Shown here piece by piece: positions 56,626 to 64,000 of a stretch of 64,000 nucleotides of DNA. Source of the DNA: the human T2T-CHM13v2.0 reference genome, Homo sapiens; NCBI RefSeq assembly GCF_009914755.1, contig NC_060933.1. One strand, written 5' to 3'. A program made the position numbers and the translations under genes. A model generated the notes under the pieces. It saw only the letters and a program-made list of their open reading frames with translations, was not told the origin of the DNA and searched no databases. How positions within the stretch are numbered: the first letter of the stretch is position 1; every line of letters begins with the position of its first letter.

Positions 56626-58016
56626 ATCTTTAATCTTAATAACTTCTCTAAGCCCACACTTCTAACTAGGTATTTCACTGATATTTCATATTAATACACA
56701 CAACGTTAAACTCATTTACTTCTGAATTTTTTTATCCTTTAGGATGACACCATCATTCATTGTCATCCAAGCTCAGAACTCAGAGCCATATTTTACTCTC
56801 TTGATCTCATCATTAAAGCAGCTACCAATAATGTATGCTGTACTACTACTCTAGTGTAACTCATGTCTACCTCTGCATCCTACTTCCATCATCATCATCT
56901 TCCTTTAGAATCTTGTTATTTGCCTAGAGTCAACTATGTGACCACCTCCCAATAATTTTCTCTACCACTATCTCTATGGCGCTCCCATCTATCCAAATTC
57001 CAACAATGCATGAACTATGAATAAATGCCTCTCTGCTTGACCTTCAAACCTGGCATAGCAAGTTTCACCTAAACTTGAGGGTGTGAGATAGAAGAAATGA
57101 GAAAGGATTTATTCTTATTCCAAACAGGTAGCACAATAGATGCTCAACAAATATTTCCTAAAATGGAATTTTATTATGTATTATTGAAATGTTATCATGC
57201 CACTCTCCTGTGTAAAGAGCTGTAATGGGTTGCCATTGTCTAGAGGATATAGTTTTCACTTCTGGGTATACCCTTGGCTCTTGTATGCCTCCTTCTTCCT
57301 TCTCTTGCCACTTGTGGCCAGGCGCTCTGGGATCCAGCCGTATGGCACCACTGGGTGCCTTTAGTAATGGGCCTATGCACTTACCACTCCCTTTGCATAT
57401 AGTCTCTCTTTTATTATTTGTATGCCTCCTATTTATCCCTTAAGATTTAAGTTCAGAAACTTTATTGACCCATTCTGAATTAGCTGCTCTTAAGATAAAG
57501 CATAATTCTATCATTAACGCTTACTACATCTGTCTGTTTCTCTGTATCTCTCTCACTCTATGGTAAGGTCTTTGAAGTCAGGAATCCATCTTTTTTTATT
57601 CCCCGGAGTCTACCACAGTACTTGTAGTTCATATATTTTGGTGAAAATACTTTTTTCTTCTATTAGTTATTCAACCAACTAGCTATATGTCCTTGGACAA
57701 ACTTATTTAATTGACTGGATTTAATTTTCCACTTCAGGCCTGTTGGCCTCTATGCTGTGCTACATTCAAACCAGAAAACTTGAATTTTCTAATGTTTATA
57801 TTTTTTCCAATGTCATTTTTAACTTTAACTTTTTGGAATTTTTCCTACTTTTAATACATCAGTGTCATATACCATTATCTAATTTCCCCCCCTTTTTTTC
57901 AACCTTTTAGTACTTTGTAAGACTTCTTCATAATTACAAAAATATTTTGCCAAATATTAGAGTTAATCACCTATTCACCTTATTCCATAAACTATGACAT
58001 AAAATGCTTTGTAGTA

Positions 58017-58467
<451 letters not shown>

Positions 58468-58663
58468 TTAATGAAAATCTGTGTTACAATGAATACTAGG
58501 ACACGTTGTAAAAGAACTCGGATAGCAAAACTGGGAGTCTGAGCAGAAGAATCTTTCACTACATTAAGCAGTATCTTCTTTTACGACCTCTATAATTTTG
58601 AGATATAATGTTCCTATTTACCTATAATTCTTTCCTTCAGCCCTAAGCCTTCAATCAACTTAC

Positions 58664-58923
58664 TTTATATTCTCATTTGCAGGTACTTCAGGCAGTTGCA
58701 CAGTAATCATGCCATCCAAGTTGGTCTTCCCAATGAAGGCAGGCTTGGTACGTAATACATCTGGTGCAGTCTTTGCCGTGACCCTGTGCTGCAGCCCACC
58801 AGCACTGTTTCCACGATTTGTCAGCACAAATGAATATGATTTCTCAGGCTTCAGGTTGACAATTAACTTCTGTGTGGCTCGGCCATCCACTTCTTCTACC
58901 ATTTTCCCATCATCATAAAGAAT
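58664..58923 (-). CDS. PTPRD: PTPRD coding exon, 260 nt (ILYDDGK...PANENIK), phase 0-2
   Basis: Acceptor tctctttag|ATTCTT, donor TAAA|gtaagt; overlaps ORF 58660..58902. Confidence 0.96.
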
Positions 58924-59771
58924 CTAAAGAGATAAAACCAATAAAAAAAAAATCTGGTTATCAGAGAGGCAAAATATATTTTCTAAACCAATGTGCACTA
59001 GCTTTTGGAAAATGTATATATAGTCAATTCTAATTTTAGGTGATTTCTAAGTCCATGAGTAGTCATAATTCTGGAGATCACATCAATTTTCCTGTCATTT
59101 CCTACTGTGTAATGATAAAATGTTTCCAAGTCTATCAAAAATACACAAAGATAGATATATACATATATATATATAGAAAATAACTTATCAATATTAGACC
59201 TGTCAGTTGTATGTGATCTTAATGGAATATGTGCAGAAAAGCTCTACGTTTCAACGTATTATGAATATTGCCTATTTTCTAAAGGTTTTGGTTCCTCTTT
59301 CTAAATATACTTTTACTTTCAAAAATGTTTCTCTATTTCTTATTTCATAAATATGTACTTGCTAACATCTCTTAATGGCAAGCCAGAGTTTAAAATGTGC
59401 CAAGAATACAGGCCAACAAACAAATTCAGAAACTCCCAGGGTATTATAATATAAATAGGTAGAAACCATGTAAATTTCATTCTCTGGCTGAAAAACAAAA
59501 GCACTAGCTTAGATGTAAAAAGTTCAAGTTCAAAGTAGTAGGTAACCTACAAGTGATGCCAGCCCTGGATTTAAGCTCCTGCTCCTTCTTCAGAGTGTAA
59601 AGGACACACTTACAAAGCACCAAACTGTCTCCCATGTGAAAGTCACAAATGAAAATAGCAAGGACACGTGGCCAAAACAAAGTGGTCTGCTTGCTGTGCA
59701 AATAACTTACCCAGATAAACTGTCCCCTCTACTTTTATCTGTGATTTCTTACAAATTAGAAAACAACTTAC

Positions 59772-59869
59772 TTTGAAAGGCATGGCGGAGTTATAATTCT
59801 CTGGAATCTCCCAAGACAGCAACACGGAAGTCTTCATTACTGCTTTGACATGAAAATTTTTTGCAAACA
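59772..59869 (-). CDS. PTPRD: PTPRD coding exon, 98 nt ([33 protein letters not shown]), phase 1-0
   Basis: Acceptor ttttccagcag|TGTTT, donor AAA|gtaagt. Confidence 0.96.
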
Positions 59870-60306
59870 CTGCTGGAAAAGGAAAAACAGTGTATTTAAA
59901 CTATTCTTAAAACAGATGACCTGTCCTTTCCACCATGGACCATAGGGGCTTATGCTAGATGCTGTCTACTTTGATCAGAGAGAGAAGTATGATTTTCCTA
60001 CCTGTTTAGAGCATTCATTTTAATACCCCATTCTCACAGAGATCTTTCCTTTCTCTCCAATTCAGCCAACTCTATTGTGTTTTCCTTACCTGAGGACATT
60101 GGGGTGCTGTCAGCCAGACTTGCTTGACATTCTATAACTGAAATCTAAGGCATCCAAGACGTAGTAAGTTTTACATACTTTACCTTTTTGTTTTTGCTGA
60201 ACCTATTAATATGAATGGGCTGATCAGTTATTATAGCTTCAAAATACTGATTTCCAAAGACTGACAATCCTTTAAAGGAGGAAGGCCGTAAGCAGACAAA
60301 TCCTAC

Positions 60307-60894
60307 CTTGATCCACAGGCAGTGTCCTGAACTGGACACTGGGACTATATGGCCCGGGCCCTTTGCTCGTATGAGCACGTACTTTTACATCGTATGTGGT
60401 ATCTGGTTTTAAGCCAGTGAGTGTCATAGTGGTGTCAGCTGGAACAATAAGCTGCTCCATCGGGAGAAGGGGGATGTTGATATCCCTATAAAGAAGGGTA
60501 TACTTGGTGATAATGCCATTTCTCTCTGCCAGGACAGGTGGTTGCCAAGATAACTGGACGGAGGTTGAAGTGGTGCCTTCTGAGTGAAGGTTTTGAGGGA
60601 ATCCAGTTGGTACTTCTTCTGGAATGGAAATCTCCTTCACCATCTCCTCCCCAAAGCCCACTTTGTTTCTGGCTGAGAGCCTGAAGACGTATGATGCTCC
60701 CTTGTGGATGTCTGTAGCTGTAAAGTGATCTTCTTTTTCAGAGAACTCAAGAGTAGTAAGTGGCTCCATATCCTTGCGGCCAAATTTTAGACGGTAGCCC
60801 TGAAGAGGTCCAAATGTGTCCACCGGAGGGTGCCACTGAATAAGAGCAGTATTCATCTGAGTGTGGTTAATCACAAGCCGAGGTTTCCCTGGAA
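60307..60894 (-). CDS. PTPRD: PTPRD coding exon, 588 nt, two FNIII repeats (VPGKP...TLPVDQ), phase 1-1
   Basis: Acceptor gtgctccag|TTCCAGGG, donor CAAG|gtagga; lies within ORF 60272..60943; FNIII W/Y signature residues. Confidence 0.97.
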
Positions 60895-61259
60895 CTGGAG
60901 CACATGGGATGGAGTGGTAAGACCAACCAATCTGAACGTTCACATTTCAGTCATTGCCAAATGAGGGAGTTCCACTCTACTGGTATTCCCATTTTCTTAC
61001 TTACCAAAACAAAACAAAACAGGCAATGTTTGACCTACATACCTTTGTGGAAATATGCTCCTTGTCTTACTTTATTAAAGTAGGCTGAGATACTAGAATT
61101 TGATAATGGACACAAAACAGAAATTATCATTGAAACAACAGCTTAAGGGGATTTTTTTGACACCTGCACGTTTTAAACCTTCACACATAAAGGTTCATAT
61201 CAAAGATAAATTAATTTGAGCAAAGATCAGCCAATTAGATATGGCTAATAAGAATAACT

Positions 61260-61765
61260 ATAATGATTATTTATTCGTTGAATATGTGCAATGTACCGGC
61301 GTCACGCTAAGTGCATTGCATATAGTATTCACAATTGGTTTACATTCCTGACTCCTCACTACATTCTCGGATTAGTTATTATTATCTCTATCTTCTATAA
61401 TGAGAAAATGAGGCCCAGAGAGGTAGAAAACTTTCCAAGGCTAGCATGTAACAAGTGAGAAATCTATAAGGCAAACCCACCTCTGTCTGGAGTCGACTGC
61501 TTAAATGCTTAATTGTGCTGCTATGTTGCTTAAAAGTTTAAAAAAAAACCAAACTACAAAATAATATCGTATTGACTTACTATGAATTTAATTTGCACTT
61601 TCTAACTTTACTATCCACATCATTCATCAAGTTCTTCATCTGTAAAATGGGAATTATATTAAGAGCTATTTTATATTGTTCTTATGAATAATAAATGAGG
61701 AAATTCATGTAAAAGTCTTAGCATGAGGTTCTGCATTCTATCAATATTAACCATAATTATTAATA
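61260..61765. mobile_element. Two MIR fragments in opposite orientation
   Basis: atgagaaaatgaggcccagagagg (minus) and ttcttcatctgtaaaatgggaat (plus). Confidence 0.65.
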
Positions 61766-61992
61766 ATCTGAATATTAAACTTCTTATGGTGAAAGGCTAG
61801 CTTCCAATGAATACATAATTTATTTACCTTTAAGTTAGATATGTGAAAAGGTCTAATCTACTCATTCAATGTATTATTATGTCTGTATTTATTTTTAATG
61901 GAGAGCAATTATTATTGGAATCCACAGTGAAAGACATTGAGGGATGATCATCAGAATAAAAACTAAACCAAGTTAACAGAAAGAAGAAGAAA

Positions 61993-62684
<692 letters not shown>

Positions 62685-62953
62685 TCACTAAAAAGATTAT
62701 GAGACAATACATAGAATATTAACCTCAGAGATGGACTGATTAGCCTCTTCATTTTGTATTTCAGAAAGTGAAACCCAAGTGGAGATGTGCTCTGCTCTAA
62801 GAAATATCATTAAGATATTTATTTCCTTAACCAATGGAGCAACAGTTTTGTTTCACATGCTGGGAAGATTCATCACATGCTGATATAACTCAGCTAATCT
62901 ACAATGTATGAAAACAATAGTTTCTAAAGTTTTTAGATAAATAATTATTCAAC

Positions 62954-63047
62954 AACATGTGTGCTGTGTTATACATATAAAACATGTGTGTTGTGTTGTA
63001 TATATAAAACATGTGTGTTGTGTTGTATATATAAAACATGTGTGTTG
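62954..63047. repeat. 27-bp minisatellite, 3.5 copies
   Basis: aacatgtgtgttgtgttgtatatataa repeated at 62954, 62981, 63008 and 63035. Confidence 0.95.
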
Positions 63048-64000
63048 AAGGTAGGCCCAGGAACCACATCATTGTGTACTCATTGTGTTCCTCAGGAAAA
63101 ATGCATCCAGAGATCTTAACGACCAACACACACTCTCAGAACACCACCCATCCATAAGTTGGAAACTGTGTGAACTATTCCACTTGCTTTTAATATATTT
63201 ACAATTATCTTAATTTTAAAATAGTACTTTAATGTAGGGACATTGGCAGACATCTTTAATTCCCCTTTATGTGTATAGAGCATTTACATGATTTGTCCAA
63301 ATGTCAGTGATGGTGTCAAGGATTAAACACCTGAGTCTCTGCTGAGAAAAATCCATGGTGAAATAGAGCTTTCAACAGAGAATACAGCCTTCAATATATG
63401 AAACTCCGTTGAAACGAGTGGGTGGAAACACAACTATTAATTCTCAATATTCTCCAGAGGCAACAGATTAAACATATTTATTAAAATTTTTTGAAATTCT
63501 AGTTCCAACGAACTGCATAATAATATATACACCGTGTATCCTGTTTCCGTGAGATGCACGTAAAGCTAGGATAAATAAAAATAATTTTTTGATCTAAACC
63601 ACAAATAGAGACTGCATTCTAATATTTGTCATTTATGAGCATGTTCTTAGTAACTGATGTTTCACTTTATAATATTGCTATGGTACACATTTGGATAAAT
63701 CTAATGGGCTGGCAAAGTCTAGGAAAAAACCCACTGACTTTGTAGATGTATACATTTACTCTTCTGTGGGAGTTAAAGCTTAGGATGGAGTAATCTCTTT
63801 TGTTTTTGATGTTGGCATGACCTTTCTTATCCTGGGACAGAAAGGCTTGTTGGCTAGGAATCACGAGATCAAAGTAATGATATAGAAATAAGAGCATTAG
63901 CTCTGACCTACTGGCTTCCCCTGCTGTACAGGAGGATCTCAGTCTGCTCTCTATTGCCAAACCCACAACAGTCATTCCTTCCCTGGGCAGAAGTTTTACT

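Noticed and set aside
60895-60943. N-terminal extension of the 223-aa ORF as an alternative start
   Set aside because: Non-ATG start in intron sequence upstream of a clear acceptor; simple read-through of the frame.
61005-61034. 30-nt in-frame pseudo-exon ending in TTG|gtaagt
   Set aside because: The acceptor lacks a pyrimidine tract and the body is a (GTTTT)n simple repeat.
62899-63129. ORF with repeated THMFYIYN
   Set aside because: Translation of the 27-bp minisatellite.

Overview
This is an AT-rich, CpG-depleted primate (almost certainly human) window lying entirely inside the PTPRD gene (receptor protein-tyrosine phosphatase delta), which is transcribed on the minus strand. Eight exons of the canonical reading frame were reconstructed, all with GT-AG boundaries and matching phases: 60894-60307, 59869-59772, 58923-58664, 45630-45540, 40219-40010, 35115-34955, 24381-24269 and 11233-11136. 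They encode the last FNIII repeats, the stalk with the RKRR furin site, the transmembrane helix, the juxtamembrane region and the start of the D1 wedge. The ORF track misses a set of frame-preserving cassette exons around the cytoplasmic juxtamembrane region: a 12/15-nt neural-type microexon (SKPD), a 42-nt exon (SDDSGYPGNLHSSS) and a 120-nt stop-free candidate exon carrying ITIM-like (VPYASL) and YxN (IYDN) tyrosine motifs. Weaker exon candidates and RBFOX/NOVA/SRRM4-type motifs accompany them. The remainder is intron containing Alu, L1, L2, MIR and DNA-transposon fossils. These include two tail-less retroinsertions with clean target-site duplications (TSDs), an old local duplication and several tandem and inverted repeats. 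Gene and repeat family names are from recognition, not from a database search. Some of the alternative exons may already be annotated.
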